From the IMG/VR virus record IMGVR_UViG_3300025372_000010, positions 48,863-112,862 of that record: 64,000 bases of DNA. One strand, written 5' to 3'. A program made the translations under genes and the position numbers. Positions 39,497-49,360 of this stretch are shown here, one piece after another. The DNA comes from a virus (Duplodnaviria > Caudoviricetes). Under the pieces are notes generated by a model. It saw only the letters and a program-made list of their open reading frames with translations, had not been told where the DNA came from and ran no database searches. Numbering within the stretch: position 1 is the stretch's first letter; each line of letters begins with the position of its first letter.

Positions 39497-40135
39497 ATGA
39501 ATATAATAATCAATAGAGCTAAACTATACTTTAGCTATTTATTTTTATCCTTATTAGGGCTTTGGTTAGCCTTTGCTTTAGGTCTTTGTTTTTACACTGT
39601 AGCTCTTGAGCTTATGGGTAAAGAAGATACATTACAAGATATGGCTAACAAGTTTGCTTGGAAGTTTGATGGGACTTTTAAAAACAGTCCTGGTAATATC
39701 TGGTATAATGAAAAGCGTATCTCTATAGGTGCTGTGAGCAATAAAGTTCAGATTGGATCTTTAGCCGGCAACCGTAATTTAGAGTTTGGTATCAAGAGTG
39801 TACTAGAAGAAGTCATTCAAGATAAAGGATATGATATAGATCCATCTTCTAAGAATAACATAGAAGTTGATGTAGTGTACTTAGATGTTCTAAAGACACA
39901 ATCTAGCTTTTCAGTAATGCATAAAGATAAAGAGTCTGTTGTAATTAGATTACAAGGAAGACTGTTTAAAGATGGAGAAAAGAAACCAAGTAAGAAGATC
40001 CTTGTAGAAGAATCAGCTGATGAAGTGAGTATGTCTACTTTGGCTATTGACCAAGGTGGTAAGTTCAATCAAACTAATCTAAGCTCAGCCCTTAAAAAAG
40101 CAACTGTATCACTTGTAAATAAACTATTAGACTAA
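39497..40135 (+). CDS. Membrane-anchored exported alpha/beta protein
   Basis: N-terminal TM; C-terminus (KFNQTNLSSALKKA) resembles that of the CsgG-like gene at 42968. Confidence 0.6.
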   Translation: MNIIINRAKLYFSYLFLSLLGLWLAFALGLCFYTVALELMGKEDTLQDMANKFAWKFDGTFKNSPGNIWYNEKRISIGAVSNKVQIGSLAGNRNLEFGIKSVLEEVIQDKGYDIDPSSKNNIEVDVVYLDVLKTQSSFSVMHKDKESVVIRLQGRLFKDGEKKPSKKILVEESADEVSMSTLAIDQGGKFNQTNLSSALKKATVSLVNKLLD

Positions 40136-41964
40136 TGAAGAAACTTTTAACGACACTTTTTGCGACAGTTTTAGTATTTATCACGACACTTTCTTTTGCT
40201 CAGAATCCTATTAAGTTCAGACTTAGTGCTTCTGTTGCAACAGATGCTCCTGATACAGTTAAGACTAACACAAATGGTACTCTTTTACATAAAGGAGATC
40301 AGTTTGTTGTATACTTATCTGCTAACGGTAATGGTAACACAACCACTAGACAGTTATTATTAGATTTTCAGTATGATAATAGTGCGTTAACTTTAACCTC
40401 TATTGCTAATACTGGTACTGGTGGAAATGGTGGTGTATTACCTCAAGGGTCAAATGCTCAAGAATCTTTCTATCAATACCCTGGATACTCTTTTCATAAA
40501 ACTACTCAGAACACTACAAGTAATGGTACCACAAACTATCAATACTGTAACTATGATTATACTAGTGGAGGTAGTTCTACCATTGTAAGATATAACCTTA
40601 CTTGGTCAGGAACTCGTGGAATGCCATATGCTAACTATTGGGGATTAATAAAAATGGTTTTTACTGTTAAACAGACAATGACAGGATACCTTATGAATCC
40701 GATACAGCTAAACTTTGTTTCAGCTTGGACTGGTACTGGATCATTAGATGCTACTACTCAGGAAAATCCATTAACTATTAAGCCCTACTTAAATCCTAAT
40801 GCTGACTCATATGTTAATGCTACTATTGATATTAACGCTAACATGACAGCTATATCTCCTATGAAAGTGTTATTCCAAGATACAACTACTAAGATGTCTC
40901 ATTTGTATGATATCACTTCTAATGGACAGGTAAATGTAAATCAACCAGACTTATCTCCAAACACTGTTTACAGAGTTATGGGTATGGTAAATATGGATAA
41001 GCTATATAATGTTTATAATGCTGCTGTCACTGTATCAGACTTCACAGGACCTCAGAATGAATTCGTAAGTGCTAACCTAGATGGTACGCCTTCTTATTCA
41101 GTTATGACTACAGGACCTAGTTTCTTAGCAGCTGATATGAATAATGATAAAGTATTTAATGGATCTGACTTACCAATATTATTAGCAGCAGCTATTGCAC
41201 AAGATACTCTTGTTAAACTTCCTCCAGGTTATACTCCTGGAACTAATGGATATATGTCTGTATGGACATTTACTGACACTGTATTTAATAATATGACAAC
41301 TAGTTCTTGGAAAACTCTAGATCTTACAAAACCAGTATATTTTAAGACAGGTAATGTTGGAGATTATCTACCATTGAATCTTAAGTATTTATTATGGGGG
41401 GATGTAAATAGATCTCACTCTTCTCAAGTGATTATTAATGGCTCACCAGTATCTAGTGCACTTCCAAGCTTACAAAAGTCTGGACAGTTATCTACGTTTG
41501 CTGTTGGATCTAATGCTATATTATTAAATACAACTAGAGATATACCTAGTATTGATGTAAACTTAGTGAATAATACTGTAACATCTAATACCATTTCTAT
41601 ACCTGTATCAGTTGACACTAAAGGATTATCTCTATCTGCTTTACAGTTTGAGTTTGAATATGATCCTGCTAAGATATCTTTTGATCAGTTAAGCTTAGGC
41701 TTACCTAATACATGGTATTCATTTGTATCTTCTAAAGCTGGTAAAGTGAAGTTTGGTGCTCTAGATAAATCTCTTATCACTGCTCCTTTAACAGGAGTAG
41801 CCACTCCATTCACTCTTAAGTTTTCTACTATAGGTGATGGTGTTGATATCTTAACGTCAATCAAAGTTACTGCTACAATGGATGCTTCTGATACAAAGGG
41901 TAACCAAGTGGGGATTAACTTAAACACAACAACTATTAAATTAACTGGATATAACAACTTCTAA
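40135..41964 (+). CDS. Secreted protein with two cohesin-like domains and a dockerin-like Ca-binding motif
   Basis: Signal peptide (SFA-Q); LDFQYDNSAL and SALQFEFEYDPAKISF cohesin-like strands; ADMNNDKVFNGSD and GDVN. Confidence 0.65.
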   Translation: MKKLLTTLFATVLVFITTLSFAQNPIKFRLSASVATDAPDTVKTNTNGTLLHKGDQFVVYLSANGNGNTTTRQLLLDFQYDNSALTLTSIANTGTGGNGGVLPQGSNAQESFYQYPGYSFHKTTQNTTSNGTTNYQYCNYDYTSGGSSTIVRYNLTWSGTRGMPYANYWGLIKMVFTVKQTMTGYLMNPIQLNFVSAWTGTGSLDATTQENPLTIKPYLNPNADSYVNATIDINANMTAISPMKVLFQDTTTKMSHLYDITSNGQVNVNQPDLSPNTVYRVMGMVNMDKLYNVYNAAVTVSDFTGPQNEFVSANLDGTPSYSVMTTGPSFLAADMNNDKVFNGSDLPILLAAAIAQDTLVKLPPGYTPGTNGYMSVWTFTDTVFNNMTTSSWKTLDLTKPVYFKTGNVGDYLPLNLKYLLWGDVNRSHSSQVIINGSPVSSALPSLQKSGQLSTFAVGSNAILLNTTRDIPSIDVNLVNNTVTSNTISIPVSVDTKGLSLSALQFEFEYDPAKISFDQLSLGLPNTWYSFVSSKAGKVKFGALDKSLITAPLTGVATPFTLKFSTIGDGVDILTSIKVTATMDASDTKGNQVGINLNTTTIKLTGYNNF

Positions 41965-41966
41965 CT

Positions 41967-42359
41967 ATGAAAAGATTCTTTAACATTTTTGTTGACACTC
42001 TTATTGTATTGTCTTTAATACTATTTGTATTTATTAGCTGCAGAAAAACTGTTGGAGTTGATCCAGTGGTAGCTGCAGGTATAGATCTTGGTAAAACATC
42101 TACTAGTACTAGTATTAAGACTTTTTCTCAAACAGGTAGTACAGTAACTATGGAGTTTGCAACAACTCCAGGAGCTAAATACTCTGTACAGTTCACTCCG
42201 TTTGCATTAGATAATACAGTGAAGACTGATAAGTTTACAGCTACAGATACTGTAACTAAAAAGATATATGATTTAAGTGATCTTCCTAAAAAAGACTATG
42301 ATGTGCATTTTATTGACATCCAAGGTAAGGAAGACAAGCATCCAGTAATAATTAAATAA
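41967..42359 (+). CDS. Lipoprotein with Ig-like/T9SS-CTD-like C-terminus
   Basis: FISC lipobox; YDLSDLPKKDY...VIIK end. Confidence 0.55.
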   Translation: MKRFFNIFVDTLIVLSLILFVFISCRKTVGVDPVVAAGIDLGKTSTSTSIKTFSQTGSTVTMEFATTPGAKYSVQFTPFALDNTVKTDKFTATDTVTKKIYDLSDLPKKDYDVHFIDIQGKEDKHPVIIK

Positions 42360-42367
42360 CTATAACT

Positions 42368-42721
42368 ATGGCAACTAAAAAGCAACAAGAGCCAGAAGAT
42401 AAAATGGCTAAGAACGAAAAGCATAATGACGGTACAATGACTGGTTTAAAGAAGACAATCATTGGTACAATATCTACTCTAGTAGTAGGTGGTGGTACTT
42501 TCTTAATGTCTTACTTACAAAAACCAAAAGAAGATGCTAATAAAACAGCTCAGCCCGCTATCAATATTAACATCCCAGCTCAACAACAAGCTCAGTCTAC
42601 AAAGACAGTCATTGTTAAAGAAGGGTCTAGTTCAGCAGCAAAGCCAGTTGAAAAACCAGCAGTTGCTAAACCTAAAAAGAAAGAAGGAGATGAATTCAAA
42701 GAAGAAGCTCCTAAGTGGTAA
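42368..42721 (+). CDS. Single-TM protein with low-complexity tail
   Basis: IIGTISTLVVGGGTFLMSYL helix. Confidence 0.65.
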   Translation: MATKKQQEPEDKMAKNEKHNDGTMTGLKKTIIGTISTLVVGGGTFLMSYLQKPKEDANKTAQPAININIPAQQQAQSTKTVIVKEGSSSAAKPVEKPAVAKPKKKEGDEFKEEAPKW

Positions 42722-42752
42722 CGAAACTTAAACTCTATGGACTTAGATAGTT

Positions 42753-42971
42753 ATGACAAGAAACAAACACAAACGCTTAGTATTTTTCAAAGAGACATCT
42801 CTGATGTTGGCAATGTTCTTTCTACCATTTGGCTACGATGCCTTGTTCAAATGGATTATGGATCTTACAGGAAGTTATTGGGCCGCAGATGCAGTCTTTT
42901 ATTCTATTTCAGGGCTATTCTTTTTGTCTTATATATTATTAAGCAGATCCTTAACTAAACATTACAAATGA
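42753..42971 (+). CDS. Small two-TM membrane protein
   Basis: Two hydrophobic segments; ATGA-type overlap with the next gene. Confidence 0.6.
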   Translation: MTRNKHKRLVFFKETSLMLAMFFLPFGYDALFKWIMDLTGSYWAADAVFYSISGLFFLSYILLSRSLTKHYK

Positions 42972-43687
42972 AATATCTTATTGTATTAATAGCACTATGT
43001 TTTGTAACTGTAATAAAGTGTCATGGTCAAATAGCTAAGACCTCTACAGAGAACTATAAAGCTAGTTTTGAGAAGTCAATCGACATCTCTCAGTTTATGG
43101 ACTATGACGGTCCACAGATTCCTATACAGATACTAAAGTGTGGAATTAATGATGAGATGTATGAGATGTATCCTGAGCTTAAAGAAAAGCGTGTAGGACT
43201 TGGTGTAGCTAACATCTCTATGGAATATTTAGAGAATCTTAATAGATTCAAGTTTACTGAGGATAAAACAGAGATAAAGAACCGTATGGTTAAGCAGTTT
43301 CAAGCTAGCCAAGCAGGTATCTCTGAAAATAAGCTAGATGGTCGTGGTAAGATCAATCTAGCTAAATACTTTGTTACTATAGAATGCTATGACTATTCTG
43401 TATCAGAAGATGAAACAGTATCAGCTAAGCTATCTACAAGCCAGTTAATGGTCACTAGGATCGGTTTACAGGTCAGATTTACTGACGCTGAGACTGGTGT
43501 AGTTTTTTCTGGATCTGGCCTTGGTGAGGCTAAAACCACTAAAGAAACATCAGGATTATCTGACGCTAGTCTAGATCCTGTTAAATTTAATCAATCGACC
43601 ATATCTATTGCTACAAAGAAGGCTTTGGATATAGCTTGTTCTCGTATATTGGATAGAATGGTAAAGAAAGGAATCTTTACTAAGTAA
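42968..43687 (+). CDS. CsgG/HfaB-like exported protein
   Basis: Signal peptide; NRFKFTE, AKYFV.I..YD and GLQVRFTDAETG.V.SG.G pattern of the CsgG-like fold. Confidence 0.6.
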   Translation: MKYLIVLIALCFVTVIKCHGQIAKTSTENYKASFEKSIDISQFMDYDGPQIPIQILKCGINDEMYEMYPELKEKRVGLGVANISMEYLENLNRFKFTEDKTEIKNRMVKQFQASQAGISENKLDGRGKINLAKYFVTIECYDYSVSEDETVSAKLSTSQLMVTRIGLQVRFTDAETGVVFSGSGLGEAKTTKETSGLSDASLDPVKFNQSTISIATKKALDIACSRILDRMVKKGIFTK

Positions 43688-45078
43688 TGAAACAGTTTAT
43701 ATTATCACTAATACTAGTAGTAATACTACCAATATATGCGTTCTCACAAACCATTGTACAAGTTTTTCAAGATCCCTGTACAAAGATTACTAGTACTTTT
43801 GTCATACCTGTTAGTGGTAGGACTACTATTGTGTTCTATAATAAGTCAAGGAGCTTTTCTGCTGCTGACGTGGCCAGCGGTGCTTTTCAAACGTGGATTA
43901 ACCAAGTATATGAAGACTATAAAGCCTATTCTCCTTGTTCTGTTTCTCAAGTGTCATCAACTGCTACACAAGTTACAGCCTCTGCTGTATCCTCTGCAGT
44001 AAGTACTGCTGTATCTGCTGCAACATCTGCAGCTGCAAGTGCGGCTGTAAGTTCAGCTACTGCCGGTGCAGCCTCAGCAGCCACATCTAGTGCTGCTTCT
44101 TCTGCAGCAAGTTCAGCTGCAGGCTCAGCTGCTTCTAGTTCTGCAAGTAGCTCTGCCACCAGTTCATCGGCCTCCACCTCTTCTGGGGGAAGTACTTCTG
44201 AATCTAGTAGCAGCAGCTCATCAAGCAGCTCGTCACAAAGTGAGGGTAATTCTTCCTCCTCTTCTTCAGATAGTAAGGGTAGTTCCTCTTCATCATCTGA
44301 TTCTAAGTCTGAATCTAAATCAGAATCTAAGTCTGAAAGTAAATCTGAGAGCAAATCTTCTAGTAAAGAGTCTAAAAAAGACTCTAAGTCTAGTAATAAG
44401 TCTCAGGCTAAAATGAATCCTATTATATTCAACTCTGATCTCACAGGAGGCCAGAATATGGATAAGTCTATTGCTTTGGTTGCTAGTGGAGGTATGTCAC
44501 AGTCTTCTATGACTGGAGCAGACTCTTGGGGCATTAGTGCTATGGCATGGAGTAATCTCCAGCAGTTTGTACTATCTAGTAGATATACTAAGATGAACTT
44601 TAATAATGGTAAGATGGAGAGTATATCCAACTGGGGATTTACTACAGCTCTTATGTATGGTAATTTAACTAGTTTTATTACTTATGCGTATATATACCCT
44701 ATGGGTAACTACGGGGTGACAGGGGCCAACTACACACTCACTTTTTCTAAATCTTCCTATCTAAAGAAAGATGGTACCTCTGATAAACAGTGGGTGCTAT
44801 CTCATTCTATGATGTTCTTTTACACAAAACCTTTTAGTCTTTCTAAAAGACTCACACTTGGTCCAGAACTTTATGTTTCAGGTAGTCCGGTTACCTATAA
44901 TACTAAAGAAAATATATTTGTAGAATCCCATGATATAGGATTCTTTACTGGTATCTCTGGTGATTATGCTATTACTAAGAGATTTAAGTTTAACATGGGT
45001 TTGAGAACTAGTGCTAATACTAATCCTCAAGTACCCATGCTATTCTTTATGGTAGTAGGTTCTAAAATAAACTTATAG
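43687..45078 (+). CDS. Secreted Ser/Ala-rich protein with C-terminal outer-membrane beta-barrel
   Basis: Signal peptide (AFS-Q), two-Cys N-domain, ~150-aa S/A linker, alternating amphipathic strands ending VGSKINL. Confidence 0.6.
   Translation: MKQFILSLILVVILPIYAFSQTIVQVFQDPCTKITSTFVIPVSGRTTIVFYNKSRSFSAADVASGAFQTWINQVYEDYKAYSPCSVSQVSSTATQVTASAVSSAVSTAVSAATSAAASAAVSSATAGAASAATSSAASSAASSAAGSAASSSASSSATSSSASTSSGGSTSESSSSSSSSSSSQSEGNSSSSSSDSKGSSSSSSDSKSESKSESKSESKSESKSSSKESKKDSKSSNKSQAKMNPIIFNSDLTGGQNMDKSIALVASGGMSQSSMTGADSWGISAMAWSNLQQFVLSSRYTKMNFNNGKMESISNWGFTTALMYGNLTSFITYAYIYPMGNYGVTGANYTLTFSKSSYLKKDGTSDKQWVLSHSMMFFYTKPFSLSKRLTLGPELYVSGSPVTYNTKENIFVESHDIGFFTGISGDYAITKRFKFNMGLRTSANTNPQVPMLFFMVVGSKINL
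44296..44355 (+). repeat. 12-bp coding tandem repeat S(D/E)SK x5
   Basis: Degenerate codons encode SDSK-SESK-SESK-SESK-SESK. Confidence 0.8.
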
Positions 45079-45082
45079 TTTA

Positions 45083-46630
45083 CTATACCGTATTACCATT
45101 TGCGTCAACTTTTTTGATAGTTGACCCATTAAATATGATTACCTGCGATGCATCAGAATACTTTTTGATAGTTTCTTTCTGAAAACTATCAAATCTAGCT
45201 CCTTGTACACCGATAAAGAAAACTCTCTCAGAGTAAATATTACAATGATCTTCTGCGTCAGTTAATATGATAGCATTTCTATCGTTACTTACAACTTTTT
45301 TTACAGCCTCATTGATTGTCGTACCGCCATTACAATCTAGCATAGCTAAACTAATTGTATCAGACTTATACTTCTTTACAGAGTTATTAAATACATACAC
45401 TTCGTTAAGCATATCCATCTCTGCAAGCTTAACAGCGAATGACTTTGCAAAATCGATACAGCTGATGTCGTTGTTATCTTCATCTTTTATACCAGAGCTA
45501 CCAGACATAGATCCGGAAACATCGATATATAAATCAAGCTTACCAACACTCTTAGTATCTTTTACTACTATATCATCTACCATTACTTTTCTAAGCTTAG
45601 GATGTAAGAATTCATATTCTTCCAATCCAGCTATGTTATCACTGTTAAAGATATCTTCATAGATAGTTTCTTTTCTACTAGAGAAATAGCTAGCAGATTT
45701 ATCTAAAAGCTTTTTGATTCTCTCTTTAACAGAGCCCATAGACATCTTAAGCTTGTTTAATCTTTGACTAACAGTTCTAATATAATCAGGACTTAGATTA
45801 CCAGCTTCTTTACCACCAGATTTATGAGCTTCGTCAAACATTTGTTGTTGAGTCTCTTTATCAATGCTTTCATCAATAGACTTACAAGTGTCTTGAGCAT
45901 CTTTAAGCATGTCATCCATCATGTTTTTACTAAGCTGATTGTTCATCATCTTATCTAAAGCTTCATCTATTCCTTGATTATCAAAGTCAGAACTACCTCC
46001 AAGACCTTTACCGATCTTATCAGCATCTTCTTTATCAACATATTCCATCATAGTAAGCTGCATAGAATAATACAACATCATGTTCCTAGTAAAGATAGCA
46101 GACTTTAGAGCACTGCTCTCAGCCATAATCTTACCTACTGGATTATTACTCTTCTCTAAAAACTTATACTTAGTATAGTTTTTATCATCTCTGTCTTCAA
46201 ACTCAAGCTTCTCAATCTTAGAATAATACATCTTATATATATCGTTCTTTAAATGAGCTGGAATACTTCTATAAGTATCCTGTAGCTTTTTATTAAAACT
46301 AGGCCAGTCTGGTTTCTTATCTTCATCTAGTCTTTTGAACTTTGCACTCTGAGCAAACTTGTTATAAAACTTATTTACCTCAGATTGATTAGTGACATGT
46401 GTTTTACATATACTAGATAATCTATCCTCATCTATATAATGCATATACGGTTTAATAAGATCTGCTTTCTTATAAAAGTTAATCTTACCAAATAAACCAT
46501 CGCCTTGCTTATAGTGAGTTGGGATTTCACCCTTCTTTACTTTCTCTAATATGGTATAAACATTCTTATATTGTTTACCACCACCTGTTTGTATTCTCTC
46601 ACCTGTAGTGAGACTTCTTAAGTTAGCCAT
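45083..46630 (-). CDS. VWA-domain protein (ViaA-like MoxR partner)
   Basis: MIDAS DVSGS, GGTT, ILTD. Confidence 0.85.
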   Translation of the reverse strand: MANLRSLTTGERIQTGGGKQYKNVYTILEKVKKGEIPTHYKQGDGLFGKINFYKKADLIKPYMHYIDEDRLSSICKTHVTNQSEVNKFYNKFAQSAKFKRLDEDKKPDWPSFNKKLQDTYRSIPAHLKNDIYKMYYSKIEKLEFEDRDDKNYTKYKFLEKSNNPVGKIMAESSALKSAIFTRNMMLYYSMQLTMMEYVDKEDADKIGKGLGGSSDFDNQGIDEALDKMMNNQLSKNMMDDMLKDAQDTCKSIDESIDKETQQQMFDEAHKSGGKEAGNLSPDYIRTVSQRLNKLKMSMGSVKERIKKLLDKSASYFSSRKETIYEDIFNSDNIAGLEEYEFLHPKLRKVMVDDIVVKDTKSVGKLDLYIDVSGSMSGSSGIKDEDNNDISCIDFAKSFAVKLAEMDMLNEVYVFNNSVKKYKSDTISLAMLDCNGGTTINEAVKKVVSNDRNAIILTDAEDHCNIYSERVFFIGVQGARFDSFQKETIKKYSDASQVIIFNGSTIKKVDANGNTV

Positions 46631-46657
46631 TGTCTCCTCCGTTTATTTTTTTTACGA

Positions 46658-46713
46658 GATCCTCAAGAGAAATGATGGACGATCCGAAGACCGCCATCAT
46701 TTCCTGAAGGGAT
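46658..46713. other. Intergenic stem-loop between MoxR and VWA genes
   Basis: GAAATGATGG...CCATCATTTC 10-bp stem with flanking extension. Confidence 0.55.
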
Positions 46714-46735
46714 ATGTTTGTTGCTGGACCTCTGC

Positions 46736-48160
46736 TTAGAAAGAAGCATTAACTGCTCCTGATGCATCACTTTCTACTTCACTCATAAGAGCTTCAAAGT
46801 CTTCTGTAGTTGCATAGTCTTTACGTGCAGGGTGGTTCTCTAAGATATAAGCCATAGAAATCTCTATCTCTTCTACTTGAGTTTCATCCATGATACCACG
46901 AGAAGCATAAGTGTTGATCAAGCCTTCGATCTCTGCTACAGCAAGCTCTAATTGCTCATTGTTCTGATGTGAGTGTAACATCTCCACTTTAGACATTACT
47001 GCCTTAACTTCTGGAGACATCAACTTGTTCTGTAACTCAGAACCTGCAGATTGAGATATCATAATCTGAGCAGTTTTAACTAATGCCTTATCTAAAGAGA
47101 TATCCCAGATATAACTAACAGCTTTAGCTAAGCCAGGAACAAAAGTTAATGTTCTGTCAGAGCTGTTGTTATAACCTACTTCTAAATACTTCTCTAACTT
47201 GTTAGTAGGGATTTCTAAAGAAGCTATCTCTGCTTTGTTAGGAATACCGATGTTGAAAGTTTCACGATAGTCTCTAGCACCTTTGTTAAAATACTTAACT
47301 AACTCGCCTGCAGACACACGATTAACTGTCATCTTCAACATGAAACGATCCCAGAATGGAGAACCAACTTCATCCTTAGGGATTTCATTACAAGTTGCTA
47401 CAAATAACTTCCACTTACAAGGAATCTTATGCTTACCGTTGAATAAGAACTTTTCGTTCATAACACCCAACATTGCATTACGGATAGCTGAGCTAGCCTT
47501 GTCAACCTCGTTAATGATTACAATCTCAGCTTCTGCTATAGGAGTATTTAACTCATATTGATTGTCAGTAAATAATTTACCTAAGTCTGGCATACCCTTA
47601 ATCTCAGATGCTTTAGTACCCTCATCTGTTTCTAGGATATAAATCTTTTCAGCAAAGTCTTTAGCTGTCATCTTACCATCTTTGTTTAACCATGCTTTAG
47701 CATAATCAACAACAGTTTTAGTTTTGGCAACACCGGGTTGACCAATTAATAAGCAAGGTAAACCTGTGCTCTCTGCTAATGCTAGCATCTTAAATACTTC
47801 CTCCTTATTGATTAAAGAGGTTTCAATGTTTCTCACTTCTTGAGTTGTCTTCTTTGTGATTGACTTTACTTTTGCCATGTTTTTGTTTAGTTTAAATGTT
47901 TGTGGTGCATTTGGATCGATAGTTGTGTCGACCCATTCTGTTTTGCCATCTGTAGTTACAGTGGAAGCTGAATAAGCTGCATGCGAAGGCATGATTAAAT
48001 TAGTAGCTGATTGATTGTGGGATCTTACCCATCTATATACACCATTTGAGGTGCTTGCGACCTCCCAGATATTGCCATCATTACCCATCATTCTTAATCC
48101 TATGGCGTATAATGTTGCACTATCTGTTGGACTTGGTCTTGTTGTTCCTGTTACTGCCAT
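46736..48160 (-). CDS. MoxR/RavA-like AAA+ ATPase (alternative internal start at 47878)
   Basis: GQPGVAKT, IINEVDKA, ATCNE, FWDRF. ATG 48160 follows the upstream stop; the 48364 start in the track overlaps another gene. Confidence 0.85.
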   Translation of the reverse strand: MAVTGTTRPSPTDSATLYAIGLRMMGNDGNIWEVASTSNGVYRWVRSHNQSATNLIMPSHAAYSASTVTTDGKTEWVDTTIDPNAPQTFKLNKNMAKVKSITKKTTQEVRNIETSLINKEEVFKMLALAESTGLPCLLIGQPGVAKTKTVVDYAKAWLNKDGKMTAKDFAEKIYILETDEGTKASEIKGMPDLGKLFTDNQYELNTPIAEAEIVIINEVDKASSAIRNAMLGVMNEKFLFNGKHKIPCKWKLFVATCNEIPKDEVGSPFWDRFMLKMTVNRVSAGELVKYFNKGARDYRETFNIGIPNKAEIASLEIPTNKLEKYLEVGYNNSSDRTLTFVPGLAKAVSYIWDISLDKALVKTAQIMISQSAGSELQNKLMSPEVKAVMSKVEMLHSHQNNEQLELAVAEIEGLINTYASRGIMDETQVEEIEISMAYILENHPARKDYATTEDFEALMSEVESDASGAVNASF

Positions 48161-48164
48161 ATTA

Positions 48165-48590
48165 TTATAAGTTGGCGAAGGCGTCTGCTGATACTGCGTC
48201 TGATAATGCTCTATGGTTGCTTGCATTAACAGTTTCTCTGTAATCTCTAGCCTCTGGGATATTAATGTCTGATCCGTATATTTCTGTTGTATCTCCAGAA
48301 ACCTCTGCCAGATTATTTGCATCTTTTTGTTCAATAGTGGTATTGATGGTTGTATCTCTTTCATTTATGTTATTATCTTTAGTGTCATCAATTACAGTGA
48401 ATACTGTTACAGAAGTCTCTGCATCTTTTAAAGCAGGATGTTTACGGATCATGTTGATCTGTTGATCTTTAGCGTTATACTTTTCTTGAATAGAACCGTA
48501 GCCAAGATCATCTTTCTTTAACCATGTTAAACCGTTGTCTAGATCTTCTAAGATTTGTGATACATAAAGACTCACTTTGTTAATAGCCAT
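48165..48590 (-). CDS. Hypothetical protein
   Basis: ORF with an acidic tail; likely start MAINKV. Confidence 0.65.
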   Translation of the reverse strand: MAINKVSLYVSQILEDLDNGLTWLKKDDLGYGSIQEKYNAKDQQINMIRKHPALKDAETSVTVFTVIDDTKDNNINERDTTINTTIEQKDANNLAEVSGDTTEIYGSDINIPEARDYRETVNASNHRALSDAVSADAFANL

Positions 48591-48610
48591 GTTAGTTTGT
48601 TTAGATTTGT

Positions 48611-49327
48611 TTACCAATTGATTGTGAATTGAGGACCGTTGTTCTTTTTAATAATATCGTTAGCCTCAATAAAGATATTATTGCAGTCCCATACTGTTTT
48701 AGTATAAGCCGCTGACGCAGGATGCGATGCTTTTAATACATAGTGATTAGGACCAATCATAGATTCTAACTCTTGAGCTTGTTTACCTAATAAGATAAAA
48801 ATCACTCCTGAATTAGTTAGATTAATCATGTCTAACACATACATAATAAAGTCATTCCAGATAGAATAGTGTGAACCCACTTTATCTATCTGACAGGTTA
48901 AAGCCCTGTTAAGTAATAATACACCTTGATTAGCCCAACGAGTTAAGTTAGGATCTTGGTGAGTCGGAAACTCTTGATATACAGTTTGTTCTATAGCCTC
49001 AAACATATTCTTGAGACTAGGTTGTGGTTTAAGAGTATTACCACATGAAAAAGCTAGACCGTCTGCCACTCCAAAAGTGGGATAAGGATCTTGGCCTATC
49101 ATTACAATCTTTAAATCGTTTACAGGACATTCTTCAAACGCTCTAAAGACTTGTTTTAAAGGAGGAGTAAATCTCCTACCTTCTTCTTTTTCATTATATA
49201 ATTTATCTAGTATCTTATCAAAGTCACTAGACATAATAAATCCCCTAAGCTTTGTAGTCCAACCCGAAGGGGTAAGCTTATCTATTAATTTTGTCTTGAT
49301 CTCCTCAAGATTGATAGTTGGTATCAT
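48611..49327 (-). CDS. ung: Uracil-DNA glycosylase, family 1
   Basis: GQDPY, GLAFS, PSLKN, WANQGVLLLN, HPAS. Confidence 0.93.
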   Translation of the reverse strand: MIPTINLEEIKTKLIDKLTPSGWTTKLRGFIMSSDFDKILDKLYNEKEEGRRFTPPLKQVFRAFEECPVNDLKIVMIGQDPYPTFGVADGLAFSCGNTLKPQPSLKNMFEAIEQTVYQEFPTHQDPNLTRWANQGVLLLNRALTCQIDKVGSHYSIWNDFIMYVLDMINLTNSGVIFILLGKQAQELESMIGPNHYVLKASHPASAAYTKTVWDCNNIFIEANDIIKKNNGPQFTINW

Positions 49328-49360
49328 AAAAGTTCTTTATCTTTGTACAAATAATAATCC

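Noticed and set aside
43736-44630. Overlapping ORFs over the Ser/Ala-rich tract
   Set aside because: By-products of low-complexity codons.
48161-48364. 542-aa version of the MoxR ATPase
   Set aside because: The extension overlaps gene 48165-48590 on the same strand; ATG 48160 right after that gene's stop is more plausible.
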